DNA from: Squalus acanthias
Taxonomy: Eukaryota
DNA length: 64,000 nt
Reading direction: 5' to 3'
NCBI GenBank assembly: GCA_030390025.1
Contig: CM059431.1
Location: 109,060,001-109,124,000, forward strand
The position numbers and the translations under genes are program-made. Numbering within the stretch: the first letter of the stretch is position 1; each line of letters opens with the position of its first letter. This document shows, one piece after another, positions 24,994-37,099 of this stretch. The notes under the pieces are model-generated. The model saw only the letters and a list, made by a program, of their open reading frames with translations. It ran no database searches and was not told the origin of the DNA.

Positions 24994-26639
24994 GCATATG
25001 CATCACACAGGTTAATCTATTTGAATAGAAAACATTTAAAACATTTATTTATGCATGTAACATTTTAATTCAATATTTAGCTTTTCCTACAATACATCTT
25101 GTGCTAATAAAGCCAAATAAATTAGATATAAGGAAGCAATCAAATAAAATAATTAAGTAATAAACTGCAAGCCTTGCTTTGAATAGGCCTCCAGCAGTTC
25201 CGGAAGAAAAACGCAATAACTGAGCATTCGCAAACATGCAAAGCTCGTGGTGAGGGAGCCTCTTTTATTCAGCTATCATTTACAGTGCAGTATTCCTGGC
25301 TTGAACTTGTAATCTCTCTCCAAAATCCGACTTCATGCAATTTCTTTGCTTTTAAATTTCATTTTAAAGCTTGGGATTAGGTAGATTCCATAGAGATAAA
25401 GAAAATAATCTATTTTTGTGGAATTTATAGGCAACAAAAATACAACCAAATATTTTCCATTGACCCTGGGAATCGCACAGGTCAAATACAATATAAATAC
25501 AATATAAATCCCCTCCTCTGCTGCCCCGGGTTGTAACTCATCTTGTTTACATTCTCTATACACAATCCTTCTATCCTCCCAGAGCAAGACTGCTGCCCTA
25601 TTGTAACACATTTAGAGCAGTTTGCTTTATTTGGTCACATTGGGGATCAAAATGACCCCCACTGTTCCTCAACTAGAATGAGAAGAACCAAGTTTATGTA
25701 ATTCAGGATCAGCAAGGTGTGTGATAGGGGGGAAACGGGAGATCATCGGTGCCCTCTATCTGATGTAATTTAAACCTAAGTGAAAGGTCAGAGTTTAGAC
25801 TGCATCACCTGCATCTATCTTCAACACTTAAAGGCATGATGACAGAGCGAGAGGACTCTGAATTACTAGATTCAAGAATCAATGGAACGCAACAGTTACA
25901 GTTTGGTATGATTGATTAAAAAGACAATTTCTCTCTTCATTGACCTATAGAGAGCTGGATTTTTATACTGCAAGAATCAAGGTCCCTATACATCACTGTC
26001 TTTCACTGATCCAGGTCTTGTCATACTGGTCATGGTATTGTAAATAAATCAGTCAAATATATCAACAGCAGCACTGGAGGAAACAGCCATCATCTTTATT
26101 TATAGGTATGGTTAAAAATTTGTTTTTTTATTTTACCATTTCAAAATAATTTTGTCACTTTTCTTAACAGGCCCGGGTTCAAAGTTGGTCGTTTCTATGT
26201 TCGAGCTACAAATATTGCTGCCGTCAGTGGTAGAATGAAAAACAATAAGAAATGTAATTTATTCCATGCTCGAATGGGGCAACGGTTGTAGCTGCTATCA
26301 ATTTAAAAATGAAGCAAAACCCGTGCATAGTGCCTCAATTTCTGCTCGAATAAACCGCTCGAGGTTCTGGAGAGAAGGCAAACTGCAAGGACAACCATCG
26401 GTTAGACTTTCAAATGCTAGGATATGTTGACAGGCTGAGATGAAGTAAGGTGGTTGGAGGCTCGCGTGGAGCATAAGCACCGGCACGGACCAGTTGGGCC
26501 GAACGGCCTGTTTCTGTGCTGTAAATACGATGCGACACCCTGTCACTATACTACCACAATCGGAATTCCAGCTACAAGAGGGATCAGCAACCTGCAGCTC
26601 CATATTACCCACCTGTAACTCATCTCCCTCCTACTCAGA

Positions 26640-26727
26640 AGTGAGAAGTCGCACAACACCAGGTTATAGTCCAACAGCTTTATTTGAAATCACAAGCTTT
26701 CGGAGCGCTGCTCCTTCGTCAGGTGAA
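26640..26727 (-). mobile_element. Short Penelope-like insertion with hammerhead ribozyme (family H1), 9-bp TSD
   Basis: CTACTCAGA at 26631-26639 and 26728-26736; homologous to 43644-43730. Confidence 0.75.
26690..26726 (-). ncRNA. Minimal type I hammerhead ribozyme
   Basis: Minus strand reads UCAC-CUGACGA-A-GGAGC agc GCUCC-GAA-AGCU-U-GUGA: catalytic core, helix II, palindromic helix III AGCU, helix I UCAC/GUGA. Confidence 0.75.
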
Positions 26728-27717
26728 CTACTCAGAGGCTGCCAAGGAAACAGGGACAGATATGATAGGAGAACCAAGTGCTTACACAGAACATGGGGCA
26801 TATTTTCCAGCCAGCAAGCTGGATGTGTGCCAAACGCAGCATATGTAAGCGAAGGACAGGAAAAAAAAAGAGAGATGGGGAAAACCTCTTCCAGGGTCCC
26901 TGCCTGATCTCCTGTCCGGCCTAGAGTGCTCTTAACAAAACTGACCACGTTAGATCAAAAGCTTGCAATAGTTTGGGAATATAGTTTATAGGTGGCTATT
27001 GCAACAAGTAAAATGCAGAGCTAGTGCTAGCGATTGTTCTGTGCTTGGCATTTAGCGAGCGCGCCACACGTGCCAACGATCAGCTTATTTGTCGCCAAAG
27101 TTTATTTCAGTATTCTAATATATTAAAATATATGTTAATAAGGATGATTTCCCATCCAGTTAGAGCTGGACCACAACATGTGCTCTCCTCGTCTTTCTGG
27201 AGTGGGTGTAAAAGCAAGCTCCATGGAGCTCTTAAAAAGGCAATTTTTTTTTTTTTTTTTTAATTTAAATTTTCTCAGTACCTATTTAGTGTTTTTGCTT
27301 GTCCCATTTTTTTTTAATAAATTCTTTTGCATTTTTATAAAAAATTATAAATTGTTTTTTATCAAAATAGCCAGAGAATGTTTATGTTGAAACAACAAAG
27401 AGCTGAATGCCACCAGTAATCAATTAATTTAGTGTTTAATTAATGAGGAGTTTTCATTGTGTTGTCACATATGCTTCTTTGCAATACAAAGGAGGTTATG
27501 CCTATTCTCTGAAGCAAACCTAACTGTAAATAGCATTGCATTAAGCTCCTCTCATTTGTGGTTGTTTCTCTCATTTTGTTTCTCTCACTATTTTCTTAAT
27601 CAATTAGCCATTAATGATGAACAAAAACAAGTTATTCATTCTTTAGATGCTACAAGATGTCCATGATGACAAAGTCCAACAATTTTCCAATAAGAAAATC
27701 AGCAAACATGTCCACTC

Positions 27718-27953
27718 TTGTGAATCTTTGGAATTCTCTACCCCAGAGGGCTGTGGAGGCTCAGTCATTGAGTATATTCAAGACAGAGATCGATAGATTT
27801 TTGAATATTAAGGGAATCAAGGGATATGGAGATAGTTCAGGAAAGTGGAGTTGAGGTAGAAGATCAGCCATGATCTTATTGAATGGCGGAGCAGGCTCGA
27901 AGGGCCAAATGGTCTACTCCTGCTCCTATTTCTTATGTCCTTATGTTCTTATG
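27718..27953 (+). mobile_element. CR1 (HER1-like) 3' end
   Basis: Peptide VNLWNSLPQRAVEAQSLSIFKTEIDRFL..KGIKGYG and tail TTCTTATG repeats. Confidence 0.88.
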
Positions 27954-28433
27954 TCGCACATCTAATGACGAGTTTAATAATGGGGATGTTGTGGAATCAA
28001 AAAACTGCGGCGCGTAGTTTCCAAAAGCTTCCCTATTATGTTGCGTCTTCCAACTGCCGGGACACAAGGAAGACACAAGTGAAGTGAACTTTATAGGGTA
28101 AATTTGAACAAATTAGCACGGATCGGAGAACCAGGCTTGGAGACCAGTGCTTCACATTTGTGGCAGGTCCAATTGCCCAGTCAATAATGTTAATAATTGG
28201 CAAATTGGGAGCTCTGCAAATTGGGCATTAAGGTCACCACCCGACTTCCAAATCCGTGCTCCCAGCAAGTCAGACTCTGCCAGCAACCTGAGCGTTTTGC
28301 AAAACTCATGCTCCTATATAATGTGTCGCAGCAAAGATAACATTAAAGCTAACAAAATCACCAGTTACGTAGCACAGTTAGCCCAGGTACCAGTTTAAAG
28401 GAATAGAAAGCCTACTCAACCACAAAATACAAT

Positions 28434-29173
28434 GGCCTGGATTTTGCAGCCAGCGGCAAATGAACAGCACTATCCGTTCACCTCGGACAGCTGCCCACAA
28501 AGTTTTCACGGACTTTTGAGCAGCGACTTGCTCTAATCTGGTGTCTGATCCAGCGCGACGCCCTATACAGGGGATCTGTGAGCAGGTCAAGAAATAGCGA
28601 AACTCTTCAACCAATCAGATTGAAGAATCCTCACTGAGCCACGCAGAGTCTAAACCAGGAAGTATAAATAAGGAAGTATAAATTAGATTTTAATCATGTA
28701 CAGAAAACAAAATAAAGATTCAGAAATACAGATCAGATTGAGAGAGAGAAAGATGAGAGACAGAATTTTTTTTTTAAACTCTAAATCCAACAGTAATTAA
28801 CTTCTGAAGGAATGAGATTCCACACTTGTAAAATTTAATTTTCAAGGCCAGAGAGTTTGTTTGGCAGTAATCATCACTTATGACATCATTAAAAATTCAC
28901 TTACTCCTGAATGCACCAGGCCAAACTTTTTCTGGCGTGTTTAATGGGGAACTAGTGGTTAAGTACCCCAATTTCACGCCATTGCTTGTATTTCAATGCC
29001 GAGTCGATCAGTGAAGTTCTGTTACAGCACAGCCTGTGGAGGAGCAGGGTAACTCGGACAGCAACTTCTGGATTCCAGAGTTTAACTGCACAGGTGCGTA
29101 CTCCGGAAGTTTACTCCATGAAAACGGTGAGCGCTGATGGCCTCACCATTATTATTAACACAAAATCTGGGCC
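28434..29173. mobile_element. Harbinger-type MITE, family B
   Basis: TIRs GGCCTGGATTTTG / CAAAATCTGGGCC; flanks AAT/ATT; colinear with 5420-6170. Confidence 0.8.
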
Positions 29174-29244
29174 ATTGTCTTCAAAAGTACTATGTTTATG
29201 TATTTTAGGATTTCTCTCCCTCCAATTTTAGATCTTCTTCACAC

Positions 29245-29552
29245 GACGACGACGACAAAGACAATTTGAATTTATATAGCACTTTTAACATAGCAAGATG
29301 TCCCAGGGCGTTTCGCAAGAGTGTTATCAGACACAATTTGACACCAAGCCATAAAAGTAGATATTAGGACAGGTGACCAAAAGCTTGGTCAAAGAGGTCA
29401 GTTTTAAGGAGTGACTTAAGGAGGAGGGGGGAGGTAGAGAGGCAGGGAGGGAATTTCAAAGCTTTGGGCCTGGACAGCAGAAGGCACAGCTGAATGGTGG
29501 AACACAGGAAATCGGGGATGCACATGAGGCCAAAATTGGAGGAGTGCAGAGA
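29245..29552 (-). mobile_element. L2 LINE 3' fragment
   Basis: CAGGTGACCAAAAGCTTGGTCAAAGAGG etc.; reverse complement of the 6957-7277 family. Confidence 0.8.
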
Positions 29553-30086
29553 ACAACATTGACTTTACGATTCAAAGACAGTTCCAGTACAGAGGTTTGA
29601 TGCCGGCAATTAGCTGGGGCATTCTCCTGATTGGCCGTCACAAATTCAGCAAAAATCCCATTTGTATGGTGTCCACCGATCTCCTGCCTATGTTACGGTG
29701 GCAGATTGGGAGCAACCCTGAGGAAGCTCAGTGAGAGTGGCCGAACCGCAATCGAAATCCACCCCATGAATATCAACAGGGGTGGAGCATAGTGATCAGG
29801 TGCAGAAACTCTGGCCAATTTTCTGCTTCCTTTCGGAGATTGCCTGAGGTAAAATTTAACACCCCTACCACGTCTCGAGAAGAGATCTCAGCTCATGCAG
29901 GAAAGACCTGGATCACACCTGGCACCTAACTGGGCTGGATGGCTCGGCTATTCAGTTGCACGGTTCAGCTACTCGCTGAGCCATCAGGGGAGCTATCAGT
30001 AGATGTTTCAATCAGTGCTACAATATATTCAACTGCAATCAATACCAAGTTCACAGGAGCTGCCACAAACACAGCCACCGATTTAC

Positions 30087-30216
30087 CTTCACAGCTGGTA
30101 CGAGCTGCAGGAAATAATTCCATTTGCAAAAGGTCACCGTCTGACAATATGGCAACTCCGTCAAGACAAAGATGAAGTAAAATCTGAATTATAGAATCAG
30201 CGCTATACGTGCCGAC
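30087..30216 (-). other. Candidate exon (130 nt), product unknown
   Basis: Acceptor CTTTGCTCTCTTTGCAG|, donor GAAG|GTAAAT; one open frame VGTYSADSIIQILLHLCLDGVAILSDGDLLQMELFPAARTSCE; not recognised. Confidence 0.25.
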
Positions 30217-31521
30217 CTGCAAAGAGAGCAAAGCCTGGCAACAGCTTCGAGAGAGCCGACGGCAGAAAAACAGGCCTGGATATAGGTCTTATGACACGTG
30301 AAGACAACGATAAACTGAGCGCGCGGTGGGACGCAGGTACAACCAATGGGAGTAATTTTGCCATCTTCCTGTCCTGCCTTACAATGGATCTGATTGGCTC
30401 AGGATTGCAGTCCGTGGCTCATATTTGTGATGCTTGTTATGAAGCTCGATTAGTAAAAAAAAGACTGCAGAGCCTCAAAGCACAAGGTTTGCGTCAGTTA
30501 TTTTTAAAAACTCCACAACCTGTGGCTTTCAATCATACAAACATTTTCAGGTCAGCAGCAAACAATCAAAGGGAGCTTCCTGTACTTAACTATAGGTACA
30601 AAGTTATACAGGCATTCAACTTCCACTCGGAGTGAAAAAAAAGATGTTTTTTCTTGTGAAATTCTGACAAGGTGACACAGGATTGAAAAGTTGCCTGTGT
30701 TACAGGGTCCGATCATCTCAGAGCCTCCTGTCCTTTACAATAACTAATCCTTGAACAATCCATGTTTCAAACACCTTTTTTTTCCCAAATGCACATACCA
30801 CAAAAGCCGACCACACAGTCAGTATGTCTGTCAGCTATCCAACTCCCAGCCTCTTTCAAGCCCCTACTTCGCCTGAACCTCCCCTTTTATGTTCACCTGG
30901 CCGGGAAAGGTCTCCTCCCACTCCAGGTGCAATTGTCTTTAAAGGGGAGGTTCTTAAAGGGGCCAAACCCTTACTTGGGGATCAGAGCCCGTCGTCAGCC
31001 TACGGTTGACATACCAGCCCTCAATGACCCTGCTACAACTGTCAGATTAATAAGCTGCTCGTTGGCACGGGTGGAGTGTTCACTAGGGGTCAAGAACAGA
31101 ACAATCACTCACACTAGCTCTGCATTTTACTTGTTGCAATAGCCACCTATAAACTATATTCCCAAACATATTGTAAGCTTTTGATCTAATGCGGTCAGTT
31201 TTGTGAACAAAAAAACAGATTATCCTAACAAGCAAGTGATTTGCAAAGGAAGCATTTGATTTGAACTGAGAGAACTGCACACTGATGATCAGAAATCTTC
31301 AAAAAATATATTTTGTACAGTAACTCACCACATTATCTGACTCATCGTGGAATAGCACAAAGGGCTCCCCCGTATCAGAAATTAGATCTGACGAATCTTT
31401 AACATGCTGCAGCTTTCTTTCAAAGTTTCCTCAGAAATTGTGATGAATTGTTATGAAGTATATCTTGTTTCTACTGGCAAACTAAGATGGCAGCTGCACT
31501 CTACAATTAAACAGTTGCTCA

Positions 31522-31945
31522 CTACAACAACAACTTGCATCTATATAACACCTTTAACATAGTAAAAGGTCCCAAGGCGCTTTACAGAAGTGATTATCAA
31601 ACAACATTTACCATTGAGCCACATAAGGAGATAGTGGAACAGGTGACCAAAAGCTTGGTCAAAGAGATAGATTTTAAGGAGCGTCTTAAAGGAGGAGAGA
31701 GAGGTAGAGAGGCGGAGAGATATCGGGAGGGAATTCCAGAGCTTAGGGCCGAGGCAGCTGAAGGCACGACCGCCAATGGTCGAGTGATGAAAATCAGGTT
31801 CACGCAAGAGGCCAGAATTGGAGGAGCGCAGAGATCTCGGAGGGTTGCAGGGCTGGAGCAGGTTACAGAGATGGGGAAGGGCGAGGCCATGGAGGGATTT
31901 ACAAACAATTACAGGAGTCTTAGGTGAAATGGGTTTGAGGAATCT
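31522..31945 (-). mobile_element. L2 LINE 3' fragment
   Basis: Peptide KSLHGLALPHLCNLLQPCNPPRSLRSSNSGLL...GGRAFSCLGPKLWNSLP..FKTLLKIYLFDQAF. Confidence 0.9.
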
Positions 31946-32862
31946 CAATCAAGTCCTCCATAGCACAGAACTGAACACAAAATGAAAAAGTTGAGATGGG
32001 CGGATGATGATGGTGGTTTTAAAAGTGAGAGGGAAAGTTGAGTAGAAGTAATGCGGCCCGAGTGATCGTTATCCATTTACTGAGAGTCTCGGCAGAGAGA
32101 CAGACAGATGAAAATGAAGGGCAGGAAAAAACCAGCTGGTCCATTGAGCCTGCCTCACATAGCTGTGATGCTTTAGGTATCATGATTCACAACAGCCCCC
32201 CTCCCATCAGCAGCCAATGTAACCATCTGGGAGATGCAAATAAAAAAAGATTTAAAAATCCACAGCAAATTTATGGGGGGGCAATATCTGGAATATTCCT
32301 GCCCAATCACCTTAGGCAATCAAAACTGGAGATCAATTTGACCATGATTTGTATTGTTTAGTATTCCACATACCTTTTATATGCCCTAATCTCCATCCCA
32401 GCCAGGAACTGGTCCAGCTCTCTTGTGAAGGTATGCGGCAAATCAGCACTCATTGCACAAGCCAGCAACATGTCCCAAAGGTCTACTATCCTCTCAGACA
32501 AGAAGGTCCTCCTGACATCTAACCTCATTCTGCCCTTGCATAACTGTACACATGACCCCTGGTCCTCCCTAACCTATCTAACTGAAATAATCTGTCAATA
32601 TGAACACAGTCTAGTCCCTTCATTATTTTATCTATCAGACCGCCTCAGAGTCTGCGTATCTCATAAGTAAACAGATGTACAGACTATTTAATTTTATTTG
32701 GATAGCTAAGGTGTTTTAAGCTGGGTATCATTGTTGTGGGCCTACTTTAAGTCTTTTCCAAAGTCTGTACATCACCCAGCATGTGAGGGGACAAATACTG
32801 GACATGGTAATCCAAGTCAGGCCTAATCAAAGTCTTACAATCAAGCCTCAACCTGCCCTCAC

Positions 32863-32864
<2 letters not shown>

Positions 32865-32898
<34 letters not shown>
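32865..32898. repeat. (CA)n microsatellite
   Basis: Visible dinucleotide run. Confidence 0.95.
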
Positions 32899-32900
<2 letters not shown>

Positions 32901-32957
32901 CATTTGCAGCAAGGGTCTCTCTAACACTCTAACACTCACCTTGTAGGACAGTGGTCT

Positions 32958-33520
32958 CTGGTTCAGAAGATTGGGAGCTTGAACATCACATCCAGGGCCT
33001 GAGTACACAATCTAGGCTAACACTGTAGTGCGGCACTGAGGGAACGCTGTATTGATGGAGGTGCAATCCTTCAAAAGAGATGTTAAACTGAGGACCTGTC
33101 AGCCATTACTCTGCCCGATGGTGTTGAAAAGGTGTTTGAAGAACAGCAGGGAACCTTCCTGGTGTTTTAGTCAACATTCTTCCCTCAAACAATACCATCG
33201 TAAAAACAGATCAACGGGTCATTCAGCTCATTGCTATGACGATAGCAAAATACTGCGGATGCTGGAAATCCGAAATAACTACAGAAAACGCTGGAAAAAC
33301 TCAGCAGGCCAGGCAGCATCCATGGAGAGAGAAACAGAGTTAACGTTTCAGGCTGAGTTTTTCCAGCGTTTTCTGTTGTTATTTCAGCTCATTGCTATGT
33401 TGTGTGCAGAATGGCTGCTTCATTTGCCTGCATAACAGTTACAACACTTCAAAAGTAATTCATTGTTGAGTACTCAGAAGCATTTAGACACGATAAGGTG
33501 CTTTATGCATGCAAGCATTT
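32958..33520 (+). mobile_element. Degenerate DeuSINE interrupted by a Penelope-like insertion
   Basis: AATCTAGGCTAACACTGTAGTGCGGCACTGAGGGAACGCTG ... CACTTCAAAAGTAATTCATTG. Confidence 0.75.
33239..33382 (-). mobile_element. Penelope-like short insertion (family H2) with inverted segment, 17-bp TSD
   Basis: TTCAGCTCATTGCTATG at 33222-33238 and 33383-33399; inverted repeat 33272-33305 / 33352-33385; homologous to 38317-38397. Confidence 0.8.
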
Positions 33521-33678
33521 TTTTCTCTCAATGGTGCTAAAACCAACTGTTCCTCAATTGTGACCATGGGACAAACTCTGCCTGAAAACCCCATGATAAA
33601 GCACTTTACATTTTCCCTGGCATTCCAGATGAACACATGTAATTCAATCATAATCCTTCGTTCCTCAAAAAAATGAAT

Positions 33679-34307
33679 GTGAACCGCAAAGGCTGCCGCT
33701 CACTTAATGTGCAGTTGGTGTGCGACCACACACAGTGAATCCTGACCGTCAATGCCCGCTATCCTGGCAGCAGCCACGATGCCTTCATCCTGCGCCAGCT
33801 CTGTTCCAGCCACCATTTCAAGCTCGCGGCTGGCTGCTGGGAGACAAGGGCTATCAGCTCATGATTCCCCTTAGCAACCCCAACACTCCTGGCCAGCACT
33901 CATATAATGAGAGCCATGCTGCCACCAGGAACATCATTGAGCAGACCATCGGGGTGCTCAAGCAACGGTTCCGCTGCCTTGACTGTTCAGGAGGAGCCCT
34001 CCAGTACTCGGCTGAGCGGGTGTCATTTTTTGTCGTCGTCTGCTGCATGCTGCACAACTTGGCCATTATGAGGGCGTAGCCTTTGCCACCAGGCATAGCT
34101 AAACCACCTCAGGAGGAGGAGGAGGAGGAGGAGGAGAAGGAGGAGAACGAGGACGAGGAGGAGGAGGATGAGAACCAGGACAAGGAGGAGGAGGAAGAGG
34201 AACAGGAGGAACAGGGGGACGAACAGCAGCGACGGAGGAGGCAGCCATTCAATCAGCGTTCTGCAAGATCGGTCCGTGACCGCCTCATCAGACTTCATTT
34301 CCAGTGA
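33679..34307 (+). pseudogene. PIF/Harbinger DDE transposase remnant (HARBI1-like family), C-terminal half
   Basis: VNRKGCRSLNVQLVCD..ARYPGSSHDAFILRQ / GWLLGDKGY / YNESHAATRNIIEQTIGVLKQRFRCL / CCMLHNLA plus acidic tail; two in-frame stops and a frameshift. Confidence 0.9.
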
Positions 34308-34439
34308 CTTCCAGAGTCCTCGTTCCGGTTGCTGAGCACGTCGCCATCATTCCATCACTTAGTGATTCCATATCACACCCCAGAACTGAAATGAGACACT
34401 GCACCAAATCTGCAACATTCCAGTAATAAATTTATCAAA

Positions 34440-35000
34440 AACCATTAACCACATATATACAACAATATTGACTAATCACCCTTGTGCAAACACTTGCCTC
34501 CCCTCTTTACAGTCCCCTTTCCTAATCTAGTGCTGCTACGTAGTGTCTCCCCAGTGGCTGCAGCAGGGCTGGTGGAAGGCTGCTGAGTGTGGGTGCCACA
34601 GACTACAGATGGCCTTGCAGGACGCCCTCGACCAGCTCTGTCCCTGGGAGTGGGAACAGCCATAGCCATCAGGGGATTCATTTGCTCGCAGGTCGCCTCA
34701 AAGCCAGCAATGCTGAAAATGAGCTTCTGCACAATGATGCAACCTCCCCTTTAAGAGCTGGAAGGAACCAGCGTGAAGGATCATTGCTGAATGCATTGCA
34801 CCTGAAATTCATTAGCGCTCTGCTGGTAGCGCCCCTGTAGCGCCCCACTGAGGCCATTAACGCTTGATTTAGCGCCCCACTTCTTTCCTGGGGTGCTAAC
34901 ACCCAATTTAGTAGAAGTTCAGAATCCTTAGTGCCTGGCGCTAAATTTTAAAATTTCCAAAGTTAGCGTCCCCAAGCGGGGCAATACCCAATTTCACCCC
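34440..35000 (-). mobile_element. Harbinger right arm: convergent second-ORF remnant, subterminal TAGCGC repeats and TIR
   Basis: Basic C-terminal peptide ending at 34472 on the minus strand; repeated TAGCGCCCC; terminus CCCAATTTCACCCC. Confidence 0.7.
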
Positions 35001-35004
35001 CCCA

Positions 35005-35125
35005 GTCTTTGACCAAGCTTTTGGTCATATCTCATAACCTCTCCTTCTTAGGCTCACTGTCCATCTCTGTGAAGTGCTGTGAGATGTTTCTCTAAGCTAA
35101 GGGTGCTATATAAGTGCAAGCTGTT
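35005..35125 (+). mobile_element. L2 tail fragment
   Basis: TCTTTGACCAAGCTTTTGGTCA ... GGTGCTATATAAGTGCAAG. Confidence 0.7.
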
Positions 35126-35552
35126 TTTATAGTGCCACAAGAGCTTTTGCATAGAGACCTCAGGCTGAAATGTTCTGACTGAAGAACACAAAGACCTTTA
35201 ATAGTAAGAATTTTCCAATTCTCATTATGCATGATGTTTGTGCAATAATATGGGCCAAGGCTGCTGTTGTATTGATCTGAAGATGATTTATGATTTTAAG
35301 ATCTCAGAACAAGCGGCAAAACCAAGTGATCAATTTACAAGTTCTGGCCAGTCAGTGATTACATTGCACTAAAGCATTGAAAATTGATCATGAGGTGTAC
35401 TTTAAGGATTGTTATAGTAGACAAAAAAAACACACATATAAAAATATGGCAAATGTGTGTGAGCTAATAGAAACAGTTGCTTGTAACAATAACCCCAGTT
35501 GCTACCCTTGAACTCTGAAAACTTCAATTCAACTATAGTTCAAGCAAAGAAG

Positions 35553-36102
35553 AATCATAGAAATTTACAGCACAGAAGGAGGCCATTCGGCCCATTGTGT
35601 CCATGCCGGCCGACAAAGAGCTAGCCAGCCTAATCCCACTTTCCAGCACTTGGTCCGTAGCCCTGTAGGTTATAGCACTTTAAGTGCATATCCAAGTACT
35701 TTTTAAACATGATGAGGGTCTCTGCCTCTACCATCCTTTCAGGCAGTGAGTTCCAGACCCCCACCACCCTCTGGGTGAAAAGATTTCTCCTCAACTCCCC
35801 TCTAAACCTCCGACCAATTACTTTAAATCTATGCCCCCTGGTTATTGACCCTTCTGCTAGGGGAAATAGGTCCTTCCCATCCACTCTATCTAGGCCCCTC
35901 ATAATTTTATACACCTCAATCAGGTCTCCCCTCAGCCTCCTCTGTTCCAAAGAAAACAACCCCAGCCTATCCAATCTTTCCTCATAGCTAAAATTCCCCA
36001 GCCCAGGCAACATCTTCGTAAATCTCCTCTGCACCCTCTCTTGTGCAATCACATCCTTCCTGTAATGTGGTGACCAGAACTGCACGCAGTATTCCATCTG
36101 TG
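35553..36102 (-). mobile_element. CR1-clade LINE, 5'-truncated
   Basis: EYCVQFWSPHYRKDVIA.ERVQRRFTKMLPGL...LFSLEQRRLRGDLIEVYKI...FTQRVVGVWNSLP. Confidence 0.92.
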
Positions 36103-36416
36103 AGGAAGATTTCTTCCTCACAGATGGACTTCTTCCACCTATCTCCCATTACCATTATTTTAGTTTCTTTATTTCCTGGCTTTAGATCTCCCTACACACC
36201 ACACCCTCTTAAGTCAAAGAGAGGATTCAGTTAGCCTTCTCCAGATCTGCTCTGCCAGCAGTGAGAGTGAAATAAGCAGGCTGCAGATCCTCAAACACTG
36301 TAGGCAAGTCCATTGCTTCGATTTAGTGTTTCCCTACCTCTATCCCAGCTGAGATTAGGAACTCTTTGTATGAAAAACTGTAGCTGCAAGCCTGATTCCA
36401 GCGGTGATGCAGCAAT

Positions 36417-37099
36417 GGCCCAGATTTTGCGGGGCTGATGACGGCGTGCGCTGCGCATGCGCGAAAACCCGGAACTTGCGATCTGTCAAGTTTCTCCTTG
36501 ACAGATCGTCCGCGTGCGCCCCTAAAACACTTTCGCTGGCGCAGATTGCCCAACTACTGCCCAGCGAATGCCCACGAAACCCTTATGCCTGGTAAAAGCA
36601 GGGGTAGGGCCTGCTTTTACCAGTGCAAGGGTTAAAATAAATGTTAAATTAAAGTTTTGAAAATGATTAAAACGTGCAAAAACATTTAAAATTAGTTCAT
36701 GTAAACTTTGGGCCAGAATAAAATGATTTTATTATTTTTCAAAAAATGTAATTTTTATTTTAAATGCTTAATCAAAGGGACTTTTAATTAATTTTGAACA
36801 TGGGAATATTTATTTTTATTAGAATTGTGTTTTCTTTGGGGAATTCTCATGAGCTTATGGGGATTCCGTTCGTAAATGGAATCCCCCATAAGCTTACGAG
36901 GAAGCCCCCTTTCTAATTGGTTGGCCTGGCCCACGTGATCCCAGGGATGCTGCCGAACCGCCTGCGCCCCTGGGATCCGTGGACCTTTATCCCAGGGCCC
37001 GAAGTCTCCGAAGCTCCGTAGACACCAGGTACTTTCAGACTTTTTTTTCGGGTCGGAGGCGTATTCTTCTGGTACGCCTCCGACTGCAAATTCAGGGCC
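36417..37099. mobile_element. Harbinger-type MITE (related to family B)
   Basis: TIRs GGCCCAGATTTTGC / GCAAATTCAGGGCC; flanks AAT/ATT; terminal hairpin GTCGGAGGCGTA..TACGCCTCCGAC. Confidence 0.8.

Noticed and set aside
26940..26965. Partial resemblance to miR-218 (GTTAGATCAA)
   Set aside because: Only about 10 nt match and there is no precursor hairpin.
33720..34307. Functional host HARBI1 gene
   Set aside because: Stops, a frameshift, a missing N-terminus and an adjacent TIR indicate a decayed transposon, not the domesticated gene.
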